Assembly (NCBI GenBank): GCA_049510745.1
Contig: JBEKYR010000005.1
Span: forward strand, 32,001 to 96,000
Reading direction: 5' to 3'
DNA length: 64,000 bases
DNA from: Verrucomicrobiota bacterium
GTDB taxonomy: Bacteria > Verrucomicrobiota > Verrucomicrobiia > Limisphaerales > Palsa-1400
The translations under genes were made by a program, and so were the position numbers. The first letter of the stretch is position 1, and each line of letters starts with the position of its first letter. Shown in pieces: positions 47,658-57,301 of this stretch. The notes below the pieces were generated by a model. It was not told the origin of the DNA and did no database searches. It saw only the letters and a program-made list of their open reading frames with translations.

Positions 47658-49349
47658 TCAGAACAAACCGACGGTGTTGCCGTTGGCATCCACGTCCATC
47701 GCTTCGGCGGCGGGGACTCTGGGCAGGCCGGGCATAGTCATGATGTCGCCCGTGAAAACCACCACAAAGCCCGGACCGGCGCTGAGACGGGCGTTGTACA
47801 GCGGCACCACGAAACCTCGCGGACAGCCTCTCAGGTTCGGATCCGCGGAGAAGGAATACTGGGTCTTGGCCATGCAGATCGGCAGATCGCCGAAGCCGGC
47901 ATCCTCGAAGGCGCGGAGCTTCTCGGCGGTCTTGCCTTCGGCCACCACGTCGTCGGCGCCGTAAATTTTCCGCGCAATCCGGCGCACCTTTTCGAGCAAC
48001 GACAGCTTGTCGGGATAAGTGAAGTTGAGCGCGCCGTTGGCAGGGCGGGCGGTGGCGTCGAGCACCAGCCGGGCGAGGTCTTCCGCTCCGGCGCCGCCGC
48101 GGGCAAAATGCTCCGAGAGCGCAACCTTCACCCGGACTTTGGCGCAGGCTTCGCGGATGACCTGCCATTCGTCGGGGGTGTCGCCGGCAAAGACATTGAT
48201 GCAGACGATGACCGGCAAGCCGAAGGCCTGGAGATTCTCGATATGCTTGAGGAGGTTGGCCAAACCCGCTTCCAAGGCCCCGAGGTTCGGCTTGCCCAGT
48301 TCCGCCACCTTGGCGCCCCCATGATACTTTAACGCCCGCACGGTGGCGACCAGCACGGCCAAGTCCGGGCGCAAACCGGCTTTGCGGCACTTGATGTTGA
48401 CGAACTTCTCCGCCCCGAGGTCCGCGCCAAAGCCGGCTTCGGTGATCGTGAACTCGGCCAGGCGCAAGCCCAGCTTGGTCGCGACGACGCTGTTGCAGCC
48501 GTGGGCGATGTTGCCGAACGGCCCGCCGTGGATCAGGGCCGGGTTGCCTTCCAGCGTCTGCACCAGGTTCGGCTGCACGCCGTAGCGCATCAAGACGGTC
48601 ATCGCGCCATCCGCCTTGATGTCGCGGGCGGTGATGAGTTTGCCGCCGCGCGAGCAGGCCACGATGATCCGGCCCAGCCGCGCCTTCAGCTCGGCCAGCG
48701 ACTCGGAGAAGCACAGGGTGGCCATGACCTCGGACGCCGGCGTAATATCGAAGCCCGACTGCCGCGGGATTGAGTTGCTGGCGCCCCCGAGTCCAATGAC
48801 GATCTCGCGCAGCGCCCGTTCGTTCATGTCCATGACCCGCCGCCAGACAATTTGGTGCTGGTCGATGCCGAGGGCGTTGCCGAAGTGCAGATGGTTGTCC
48901 AGCATGGCCGCCAGCAGGTTGTGGGCGGAAGTGACGACGTGGAAATCCCCGTTGAAATGCAGGTTGATCTCCTCCATCGGCGCGACCTGGGCGTAGCCGC
49001 CGCCGGTGCCGCCGCCCTTGACGCCAAAGCACGGTCCGACGGCCGGTTCCCGCAGGCAAAGGATGGTCTTCCTGCCCAGCCGATTGAGGGCGTCGGTCAA
49101 TCCGATGCTCGTGGTGGTCTTGCCTTCGCCGGCGGGAGTCGGGTGGACGGCAGTCACCAGGATCAGCTTGCCTGTCGGGGCGTCTTGCAGCCGCCGGTAA
49201 AGGTCAAGGCTGATCTTGGCCTTGGTCTTGCCGTACAACTCCAGGTCCTCTTCCTTGACGCCGACCTTGGCGGCGACGGCTTCAATCGGCTGCAGCTTGG
49301 TTTTTCGGGAGATTTCGAGGGCGCTCAGTTGTCCTGATGACGGGTTCAT
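47658..49349 (-). CDS. fhs: Formate--tetrahydrofolate ligase
   Basis: PTPAGEGKTT, GGGYAQV, NLHFNGD, HGGPFGNIAHG, EAGFGADLGAEKF, MAKTQYS, MTMPGLP. Confidence 0.97.
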   Translation of the reverse strand: MNPSSGQLSALEISRKTKLQPIEAVAAKVGVKEEDLELYGKTKAKISLDLYRRLQDAPTGKLILVTAVHPTPAGEGKTTTSIGLTDALNRLGRKTILCLREPAVGPCFGVKGGGTGGGYAQVAPMEEINLHFNGDFHVVTSAHNLLAAMLDNHLHFGNALGIDQHQIVWRRVMDMNERALREIVIGLGGASNSIPRQSGFDITPASEVMATLCFSESLAELKARLGRIIVACSRGGKLITARDIKADGAMTVLMRYGVQPNLVQTLEGNPALIHGGPFGNIAHGCNSVVATKLGLRLAEFTITEAGFGADLGAEKFVNIKCRKAGLRPDLAVLVATVRALKYHGGAKVAELGKPNLGALEAGLANLLKHIENLQAFGLPVIVCINVFAGDTPDEWQVIREACAKVRVKVALSEHFARGGAGAEDLARLVLDATARPANGALNFTYPDKLSLLEKVRRIARKIYGADDVVAEGKTAEKLRAFEDAGFGDLPICMAKTQYSFSADPNLRGCPRGFVVPLYNARLSAGPGFVVVFTGDIMTMPGLPRVPAAEAMDVDANGNTVGLF

Positions 49350-49472
49350 GAGGCTCAATTGGAGCAGGAAACGGTTGACGCTTCAATGATGAAGAAATGC
49401 GCCCGTGTTTTGGCCATGATCTGGCGGTGCGTTCGCGACATCGCCCAGGCGCGCGCAAAGGAGGCCCCGTCT

Positions 49473-50132
49473 TCAGGGAAACAATTCCGTCTGGGCCGGC
49501 GGCCGGCACGGCGCAAACGAGCGGCGGTGGATGGGACAGGCCCCCAGCGTCTTGAGGGCGGCAATATGGCCGCGGGTGCCGTAGCCTTTGTGCGCGGCAA
49601 AACCATAGCCAGGATAGGCCTGGTCCAATTGAATCATCACCCGGTCGCGGCTCACTTTGGCCAGGATGCTGGCGGCGCCAATCGAATAGCTCAAAGCGTC
49701 GCCGGAGACCAGCGCCGTCTGCGGCAGTTGCATCGAGTTGAACGGCAGGCCATCGACCAGCACGTGTTCCGGCGGCGGCCACAACTGCGCCAGGGCGAGA
49801 TTCATCGCGCGATGAGTCGCGCGCAGGATATTGATCTGATCGATGAGGGGAGCATCGACCTGCCCGATGGCCCAATGGATTTCCGGGCGCGAGGTCAGTT
49901 CGGCGAAGAGGCGCTCGCGCGTGGCGGGCGTCAACTGTTTGGAATCGTTGAGCTTCTGCAGCGGCTCGGGCAGACCGTAGCGCATCCACTCGGCGGGAAG
50001 GACCACCGCGGCGGCGAAGACCGGTCCCGCCAGCGGACCGCGCCCGGCTTCATCGACACCCGCGATCCGCGTCAGGCCCCGTTCCAGCAATTCGAGTTCG
50101 TATCGAAAGCGCTTGGAAATCATCTTCGCCAC
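49473..50132 (-). CDS. rnhB: Ribonuclease HII
   Basis: GVDEAGRGPLAGPV, DSK, LVDG, ASILAKVSRD, HKGYGT, HRRSF. Confidence 0.97.
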   Translation of the reverse strand: MAKMISKRFRYELELLERGLTRIAGVDEAGRGPLAGPVFAAAVVLPAEWMRYGLPEPLQKLNDSKQLTPATRERLFAELTSRPEIHWAIGQVDAPLIDQINILRATHRAMNLALAQLWPPPEHVLVDGLPFNSMQLPQTALVSGDALSYSIGAASILAKVSRDRVMIQLDQAYPGYGFAAHKGYGTRGHIAALKTLGACPIHRRSFAPCRPPAQTELFP

Positions 50133-50401
50133 GATGCCTCATTCTGAAACAAAAACGGCGCCGCGCGCAAACAGAATCCGCCGCGACACAAAATCCGCCG
50201 GTGAGACGCGCCCCCGCGCCCTCCGAATCCTGAGCGCCTTTTTTGGAGCGACTGTCTCGGCCGCGCCTGGCATTCCTGTATGATATGTCATGCTGTCATA
50301 TGACAGTATGCATTACCGCGTTCACTTCAATGCCGACGCGCCAATGCCGACGCGCTGGTGTGCTGCCAACTGGTCCCCTGAAGGCTGCATAATCCGCGGG
50401 T

Positions 50402-52585
50402 CTAAACCAATCCCGCCCACTTGCGTCCGGCCCAATAGACGGTCAGCAGGGCGAGAAGGATGCCGCCCCAGGCCGGTTCGCTCCAGAGACGGAGCCGCTT
50501 CTGCGCCGGCTTCGGCTCGGGCAAAAGCGAAATCTGCCGCACCAGCTTGTCGAGATCAGTCGTCGGGAAGACCGCGCCGCGGGTCAGGGCGGCGATTTCG
50601 TCCAGGACCGGCGCGTTGACGGGCTGGCCTTGCTTTTCGATCAAGGGCTTGGCGACCAGCAGTTGGGTCGTCAATTGCCGGCCATTCGGCTCCGAAGCCA
50701 CGTCGATTTTGTATTTGCCCGTTTCCTGGGCGGTGAAGCCTGACTTGAAAACACCCCACCCGCCCTCGACTTGCGCGAAGTCCAGTCGTTCCGTCCTTCC
50801 GGACGGGGCGGTCACTTTGCCGGTGACCGGGCCTTTGTCAATAGGAAAGCCGGACGGGTCGAGGACGGTGCTTTGCAGGAAAACGGTGTCGCCCGCCGCG
50901 GGCGTCTCCGGGCTGTAGGCCAGGCGGATGCCCTCCTTTTCCGAAAGGTGCCGCTGATGGGCCATCCAGCGGACGACCTGGCCCCAAAAGCGGTAATGAA
51001 ATTTGTCCTCGACGCCGCGGCGCCAGCGCCAGGCGCTGTCGGTGCCCAAAAAGAGCACCTTGCCGTTGCCGGCGGCGCGGGTGACGAGCAGGGGCATGCG
51101 GCCCCACTCGTTGCGCATGGCCGAATGCACCGCCAGGACCTCCGAGCCGGGCCGGCTCTTCTGGACTGCGGCGGACCAAAAGAAGCCGGGCAGTTGTTTC
51201 CATAGCTCCTCGTTTTTCGATTCATCGGAATCGAACCGCGTCAGCCAATGCCGTTTGCCGGTGCTGGTCAGCGTCAATTGCGATTCGTTTTCCAAGCCGA
51301 GGCCGCCCGGCTTGGCGCCGTCCAATTCGACCGGATACAAATCCTTGAGCGGACCGTTCAAGAGGGTGGCTTGGCGTCCGCGCCGGCCCGGCACAAAAAC
51401 CAAACCGCTGCCCTGCTGCTCGACCAGGCCCTTGAGCAACTCCGCGTTGGCCGCCGTCAGTTCGCCCTCCCCCAGGCCGACGTCGCCGAGAAAGACGACA
51501 TCGTAAGGGGCCAGAGCCTCCTTGCTGCCGGGGAAAGCGGAGATATAATGGGCACCTTCGCCCGGCCCCAATTCGGGATGCCAGAGCAGACAATGCATCT
51601 CAACGCCCGGATCGCGCGCCAGGGCGTTGCGCAAGTAGCGGTATTCCCAGCGGGGCAGCGAATCGACCACCAGCACCTTGAGTTTCTCGACCCGCACCGA
51701 CATGTGAAAGCGGGCCTCGTTGTTCTCGGCAATGGCCTCATCCGGCTCGACGGGGAGTTTGACGATGGCGTTGACATCGCCCATCTGGCGGGGCGACCAA
51801 AGGATCGAGTCCTCGACCTGGCCGTTGGGCGGGATGGTGATCGGTTTGACGGCGGACTCTCCGAAATCGTCCGAAATCGAGACGGCGGTGCTCACCTGGC
51901 GCGGGAGATGGCTGGACACCTTGAAGGAGACGGCGATCTCCTCGCCAAAGAGGCCGTAAGCCGGGGCCGAAACCGTTTCCAAAACCAAATCCGGCACCGG
52001 CGTCTCGCGTCCGACCGGCACGGCGAAGACGGGGATGTTCTGTTCACGATACTGCGTGGCGACGCCCAGGGGCGATTTGCCGAGGTTCCAATCGCCATCG
52101 CTCAGGAGCAGGACGGCCTTGAGATTTTTGTAGCGGTGCAGCGCGCCTTCCAGCGCGAGATTGAGGTCGGTGCCGTTGAGGGCGTTTTCATTGGTCGAAG
52201 GCGCGGCAAAGGACTCGACGGAAACCTTCGCGCCGGCCTGTAGCGGCAGCCAGAACTGCCGCCCCAACTGCTGGGCCAGCCATTGCCGGCGGCTGATGAC
52301 ACCGTTGCCGGCGGCGATGTCGCGCGTTTTCATGCTGTCGGAAGCGTCGGCCAGAATGGCGATTTCCGGCATCAAGGCGCGCCGCAAATTCTCCACGTAT
52401 TCCGGGCGCAGCAGGGTCAGGGCCAGGAGGGAAATCAACAGCAGGCGCAACGCTTCGAGCCGCGCGGCGACGCGGCGGTTGGCGGCGCGGCGCCAATTGG
52501 CGTAGCACAGCCACGCCGCCGCCGCCCAGACCAGCGCGGCGGGAATAAGGACGGAAACGGGAGCGGCCAGGGAGAGATGGGTCAT
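50402..52585 (-). CDS. Membrane-anchored vWA / glutamine-amidotransferase-like domain protein
   Basis: N-terminal TM, DASDSM MIDAS, LLSDG, PRWEYRYL, WRWR, C-terminal TM. Confidence 0.85.
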   Translation of the reverse strand: MTHLSLAAPVSVLIPAALVWAAAAWLCYANWRRAANRRVAARLEALRLLLISLLALTLLRPEYVENLRRALMPEIAILADASDSMKTRDIAAGNGVISRRQWLAQQLGRQFWLPLQAGAKVSVESFAAPSTNENALNGTDLNLALEGALHRYKNLKAVLLLSDGDWNLGKSPLGVATQYREQNIPVFAVPVGRETPVPDLVLETVSAPAYGLFGEEIAVSFKVSSHLPRQVSTAVSISDDFGESAVKPITIPPNGQVEDSILWSPRQMGDVNAIVKLPVEPDEAIAENNEARFHMSVRVEKLKVLVVDSLPRWEYRYLRNALARDPGVEMHCLLWHPELGPGEGAHYISAFPGSKEALAPYDVVFLGDVGLGEGELTAANAELLKGLVEQQGSGLVFVPGRRGRQATLLNGPLKDLYPVELDGAKPGGLGLENESQLTLTSTGKRHWLTRFDSDESKNEELWKQLPGFFWSAAVQKSRPGSEVLAVHSAMRNEWGRMPLLVTRAAGNGKVLFLGTDSAWRWRRGVEDKFHYRFWGQVVRWMAHQRHLSEKEGIRLAYSPETPAAGDTVFLQSTVLDPSGFPIDKGPVTGKVTAPSGRTERLDFAQVEGGWGVFKSGFTAQETGKYKIDVASEPNGRQLTTQLLVAKPLIEKQGQPVNAPVLDEIAALTRGAVFPTTDLDKLVRQISLLPEPKPAQKRLRLWSEPAWGGILLALLTVYWAGRKWAGLV

Positions 52586-54576
52586 GCCGGTTGCTCCTCG
52601 CGGCGCGCGGTTTTGGGGGCCGGACGGATTGGGTCCGGCGGGGGCGGCTTGGCCGGCAGGATCAGAATCGCTTCGGCAATCAAAAGCAGAAGCATGGCAA
52701 AGGCAAAGAGCCGCCAGATTTCGCCCTGCAATTGGCCGGCGCCGAAGGGGTGCTCCTGCCAGGTTTGCACGGGCAGATCGCCAAAAAGTTTCCGGGCTTC
52801 GTCGCTGTCAATAATTTCCGGATCGTCCTCCGCCGCCGGGCGGTTGACCGCGATGAGCCGGTCCCCCGCGCGATACACCCCCGCCTGCCAGCGGATGTCC
52901 TTGGGCGTGGTGGAATCGAGCGAGACCCACTGGCGGGTCTGATCGACCGCGCCCAGCTCGCCGCAAGCGACGGTGGAAACCTGCTGCAAGCGGCGGCCGC
53001 CGGCCAAAAGCAGCCGCTGCAACATCGGCACGAGCACCGGCCCGTCCCCCAGACTGGACCAATCGGGATGCGGCAGGGAGGAACAGAAATAGACCTCTCC
53101 CCTGCCGGCGCTTTGCCGCGCCAGGAACGCCGCGCCATCCTCGAACGCGGCCAGGACATTCTTCCGGCCGGTTATGGCCTGTCGGCGCGCGAATGAGGTT
53201 TGCGAGAGCGGCAGGCTGAAATGTTCATCGCTGCGGGCCAGCGGCCCTTCGTCCTCGTTCCAGCGCAAAATGTGAAAACCCTCCGGCCCCGCGGCATTTT
53301 GCGCCTCGCCCCATCCCAGGCCGTTGAACTGTCGCCCGTCCGCCTGGCCCGGCGGAAAGAAAATGACGACTCCGCCCTCCTCCACGAAGGCCCGCACGCG
53401 GTCGGCGTCGGCCCCGGCGGGCAAGGGCGCCTGCCAGAGCAACAGCGAGACGCCGTCGAGGGGGGCGTTGGGAAATTCCGCCGTCGGAATCCACTCCGCC
53501 GGCTCGGCGTTGCGGGCGGCGGCGGCAAAGCGCAAGGCGCGCGCCGCGTCCTTCTCCGCGCTCACCGCCACGGCCCGCAACGGTGTGTCCGGGCCATAGA
53601 CAAAATAGGCCGTGTTATCGCGCAAGTTGGCGTCCGCCGGCAGGGCGAAGCTCCCCCAGCCGCCCTCGCGCCGCGCGCCCAGATCGATCTTGCGGCGCCA
53701 GCGCAGGGCCGGCCCGTCCAGCGCGACCTCCGTCTCCGAGCGGGCGCCGTCGAGCGTGAGGGTGACGGGCAAGGTGGCCGGGGCGGCGCGATTGCGCTGA
53801 ACGTCCAGAACCACCTGCAGCTCGGAGGCCTCGCCGCGCGGGCGGCGCAGCAGTTCCTGGATGGAAATGGAGGCGTTGGCTTCCGGCGCCTGCTTGAGTT
53901 CAAGCAGGCGGACGCGGACCTTTTGCGACAATCCCCCGAGTTGGGCGAGGACGTTCTTCCAGCGCGCGTCCTCCGGCATCCAATTGCTCCGCTGGTTGTC
54001 GGAAGCGATCCAGATTTCCGCCGCGCCGGCGCGGTTTTCCACCAGCCAGTCGAAGGCGGCGCGGAGCATCGCGGGCAGGTCGGCGGCGGTGTCGCTCGGG
54101 CCGGCGACGGGCAATTGGGCCAGGTTGGCGGCCCGGGCGATTTCCTGGGGGGAACGGGTGGCGCTGTCAATGAGAACGAGGTGGCTGGTTTCCTCGAATT
54201 CTTTGGCCGCGTTAGTCAACACTTGGATTGCCTGCTGCCGTTTGCTGGTCCCGCCGGTTTGCGTTTCCATGCTGGCGGAGCGGTCCAGCAGGATGAGGAT
54301 GGCGTCCGGCGCGGGCGAGAGCGCCCAGCCGAGCCAGCCGCCCGCCAGGGGCCGGGCCAGGAAGAGGATCAGCGCGGCCACCGCCAGCACGCGGCAGGCG
54401 AGGATGAGGAACTGGCGCAGCTTGGCATGGGCGGTCGAACTGCGCGTGGCCGAGACAAGGAAACGCATGGCGGCCCAGGGCTTGGGCCGGTGGCGCATGC
54501 GGTTGAGCAGGTGGATGACGACGGGCACCAGCACCAGCGGCAAACCCAGCAGGACGAATGGTTGCAGAAACGTCAT
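52582..54576 (-). CDS. BatA-domain / vWA membrane protein
   Basis: MTFLQP...PVVIHLL, AAMRFL, LARP, DRSASM. Confidence 0.88.
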   Translation of the reverse strand: MTFLQPFVLLGLPLVLVPVVIHLLNRMRHRPKPWAAMRFLVSATRSSTAHAKLRQFLILACRVLAVAALILFLARPLAGGWLGWALSPAPDAILILLDRSASMETQTGGTSKRQQAIQVLTNAAKEFEETSHLVLIDSATRSPQEIARAANLAQLPVAGPSDTAADLPAMLRAAFDWLVENRAGAAEIWIASDNQRSNWMPEDARWKNVLAQLGGLSQKVRVRLLELKQAPEANASISIQELLRRPRGEASELQVVLDVQRNRAAPATLPVTLTLDGARSETEVALDGPALRWRRKIDLGARREGGWGSFALPADANLRDNTAYFVYGPDTPLRAVAVSAEKDAARALRFAAAARNAEPAEWIPTAEFPNAPLDGVSLLLWQAPLPAGADADRVRAFVEEGGVVIFFPPGQADGRQFNGLGWGEAQNAAGPEGFHILRWNEDEGPLARSDEHFSLPLSQTSFARRQAITGRKNVLAAFEDGAAFLARQSAGRGEVYFCSSLPHPDWSSLGDGPVLVPMLQRLLLAGGRRLQQVSTVACGELGAVDQTRQWVSLDSTTPKDIRWQAGVYRAGDRLIAVNRPAAEDDPEIIDSDEARKLFGDLPVQTWQEHPFGAGQLQGEIWRLFAFAMLLLLIAEAILILPAKPPPPDPIRPAPKTARREEQPA

Positions 54577-54610
54577 TGGCTAATCGCGCACGGCCATGAG
54601 GGCTGCGGGG

Positions 54611-55516
54611 CTAAGGCGACGCCGCGGCCAGGGCGGCGCGCTCGACCAGGAAATCCGCCAGGACCTTCTCGTAACCCTGGTCGGTGACGACCCGGCGGTA
54701 ATCGGCGCCGAATTCGTGGCAACCGGCGCGCAGCCGCTCCAGGAACATCCCGATTTGCCGCAGGTATTCGTCCCGGATGCTGGCCGGCTCGGTCACGATG
54801 CTGGAGGAACTCTCCAGATCGACAAAGCGCACCGGGCGGTCGAATTGAAATTCCAACTCCGAACGGTCCAGCAATTGAAAGACCGCCAAATCGTGTTTTT
54901 GAAAGCGCAAATGCTGAAAACAATTCAAAAGCGCGTCCAGCTCGCAAAAAAAATCCGAGAGCACGATGACCAGCGCCCGCCGCCGCACCTTTTCCGCGAC
55001 ATCATGCAGGGCGGCGATCAAGCCGGTCGGACCGCGCGGCTGGGCCGTTTCCAGCGCCTCAAAAATCGTGCGCAAATGGGCGGGATTGCGCCGGGGCGGC
55101 ACTTCGAGGAAGGTCTTGCCCGCCGCGCACAGCAAGCCGACGGCGTCCCCCTGGTGGGCGGTGATGTAGGCCAGGGTCGCGACCAGGCGCTTGGCGTAAT
55201 CGAGTTTGGTGAACAGCCCGTTGCCAAACTTCATCGACCCGCTGCAATCGAGGACGAAATAGCAGCGCAAATTGGTTTCGGCCTCGAACTCCTTGAGAAA
55301 AAAGCGGTCGGTGCGCGCGAACACGCGCCAATCCAGCCGCCGGATGTCGTCGCCCGGCACGTAATTGCGGTATTCGGCAAACTCGACGCTGGAGCCGCGA
55401 TGGGGGCTTTTGTGCAGGCCGGAAACGGAGCCTTCCATGGGCGAGCGGGCCTGGAGCGAGAGGTGCATCAAGCGATTGAGCACCTGCGAATCCAGAAACT
55501 GGGGCGCCTCAGCCAC
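54611..55516 (-). CDS. DUF58 domain protein
   Basis: GSSVEFAEYRNYVPGDDIRRLDW, DCSGSM, LSDF. Confidence 0.92.
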   Translation of the reverse strand: MAEAPQFLDSQVLNRLMHLSLQARSPMEGSVSGLHKSPHRGSSVEFAEYRNYVPGDDIRRLDWRVFARTDRFFLKEFEAETNLRCYFVLDCSGSMKFGNGLFTKLDYAKRLVATLAYITAHQGDAVGLLCAAGKTFLEVPPRRNPAHLRTIFEALETAQPRGPTGLIAALHDVAEKVRRRALVIVLSDFFCELDALLNCFQHLRFQKHDLAVFQLLDRSELEFQFDRPVRFVDLESSSSIVTEPASIRDEYLRQIGMFLERLRAGCHEFGADYRRVVTDQGYEKVLADFLVERAALAAASP

Positions 55517-56576
55517 GATGCTTGTCTCCGCCAATCTCCTCCAGCAGCCGGGCGATGATTTCGATGCTGCTGACCCCTTCGGACTGGGCCTGGAAATTGG
55601 TCAGGATGCGATGCGTCAGCACGGGCGCGGCGACCGCTTCCAAATCCTCCATGCGCACCAGGTAACTGCCGTGCAGGACGGCGCGGGCCTTGGCGCCGCG
55701 AATTAAATACTGCACCGCGCGCGGCCCCGCTCCCCACGTCACCCATTTCTTGATCCACTCCGCCGCCGCCTCCTCCCGCGGGCGCGTCCGCCGCACCAGA
55801 TCGACCGCCAGATCGTAGATGTGATCGGGCACCGGCACCCGCTGCATCACTTCCTGGAAAGCCATGACCTGCCCGCCGTCGATTCGTTTGGACAATTGCG
55901 GCGGAGCGGCGCCGGTCGTCTCCCGCGCAATCCGTCGCTCCTCCTCGCGATTGGGATAATCGACCTGGATAAAAAACATGAAGCGATCCAACTGCGCCTC
56001 CGGCAGCGGATAGGTCCCCTCCTGCTCGATGGGGTTTTGCGTGGCCAGGACAAAGAAAGGCGAGGGCAGCGAAAAAAAGCGGCCCGCCACCGTCACCCGA
56101 TGCTCCTGCATCGCCTCCAGCAGCGCCGACTGCGTTTTCGGCGGCGTGCGATTGATTTCGTCGGCCAGGATGATGTTGGCAAAGAGCGGCCCCTTGACGA
56201 AGACAAAGGCGCGGCGTCCGGGCTGGTCGGTTTCCTGGAGAATGTCCGTGCCGGTAATGTCCGAGGGCATCAGGTCGGGGGTGAACTGGATGCGGTTGAA
56301 TTGGAGCGACATCGCCTGGGCGAGGGAATTGACGATGGTGGTTTTGGCCAGGCCGGGCACGCCCATCAACAGGCCGTGTCCGCGCGCCAGGACGCAGATG
56401 AGCAAGCGTTCGATCACAATGTCCTGGCCGATGATGACCCTGGCCAGTTCGGCGCGGAGGTTCTTGTAAGTCTCCCGCAACTGATCAATCGCGGTCACAT
56501 CGTCGTTGGACAGGGCGGCAGGCGCGGGGGCGGCGGCAGCGGGACGGGGGCGATTGGCCAGCGTTTGATCGGTCAT
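55509..56576 (-). CDS. moxR: MoxR-family AAA+ ATPase
   Basis: GVPGLAKT, RIQFTPDLMPSDITG, DEINRTPPKTQSALLE, ATQNPIEQEGTYPLPEAQLDRF. Confidence 0.96.
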   Translation of the reverse strand: MTDQTLANRPRPAAAAPAPAALSNDDVTAIDQLRETYKNLRAELARVIIGQDIVIERLLICVLARGHGLLMGVPGLAKTTIVNSLAQAMSLQFNRIQFTPDLMPSDITGTDILQETDQPGRRAFVFVKGPLFANIILADEINRTPPKTQSALLEAMQEHRVTVAGRFFSLPSPFFVLATQNPIEQEGTYPLPEAQLDRFMFFIQVDYPNREEERRIARETTGAAPPQLSKRIDGGQVMAFQEVMQRVPVPDHIYDLAVDLVRRTRPREEAAAEWIKKWVTWGAGPRAVQYLIRGAKARAVLHGSYLVRMEDLEAVAAPVLTHRILTNFQAQSEGVSSIEIIARLLEEIGGDKHRG

Positions 56577-56708
56577 AAATAGCCTCTAGTGAAGGCACGG
56601 CGGCGCGGCAGGTCAATTCCAGAATGAAAAAAACGGCGGCGGCGGGAAGCCGGGCAAATCTTGCGCTTTCGCCCTGCTGTCCAAAAATCGTTCACTTTCG
56701 GAAACGAA

Positions 56709-56791
56709 TTGACAGGATGAACAGGATGAACAGGATGCGGAAATGGAAGAACAACCGGACTTTATCCTGTAAATCCTGTTCATCCTGTCAA
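56709..56791. repeat. Inverted repeat built from 9-bp tandem units (REP-like)
   Basis: TTGACAGGATGAACAGGATGAACAGGAT ... ATCCTGTAAATCCTGTTCATCCTGTCAA. Confidence 0.85.
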
Positions 56792-57301
56792 AACGTCTTT
56801 TTTGGTTGCGGCTGGCCGCGCTACGCCTTATGCCCTGCATTTCGTCTGGTCAGCAAAGAGGAAAAAGATCGGGTCCGGCAAGTCTGGCGACCAGGGCTTA
56901 CCGGTCCGGTGCTGGGGAATCGGGGGGATGTTAAGGAAAGAGGGACAAACCGGCGCAATGCGCCGACGCCGGCAACCCACCCCAAAACGCCAAGTTCCTA
57001 GGCCTGACCCTTTGGCTTTCCACGGCAGGGTGAAATTCGCTGCGGGACCAATTCCGCCGGCGGCTGGAAGGTCAGTGGACGCGGGGCACCGGCGTCCCTA
57101 CCGGATAGGGGTTCCGGAAAAGTCGCCAGGGATTGGGGGGATGGGGAAACCACGGCGGGGCGGGTGACGAAAAATCTCAAAACTTTGCCGCAAAAGTCCA
57201 TTGTGTTGCCACGACCGAAAGCGGTAGGTTCGATTCATGTCGATGCCAGAGCCGTCGCTGGACTGGAGTCGCTGAAACGATTATTAAGACCTTTTTTCAA
57301 C

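Noticed and set aside
47658..49349. Wood-Ljungdahl pathway inferred from fhs
   Set aside because: fhs alone is common in one-carbon metabolism; no acs/codh/folD/metF genes in the window
50402..56576. MoxR-DUF58-BatA-vWA operon as a novel system
   Set aside because: A widespread, previously described arrangement in PVC bacteria and Bacteroidota; nothing atypical seen
56709..56791. CRISPR array
   Set aside because: Short 9-bp tandem units in inverted arrangement, no unique spacers and no cas genes
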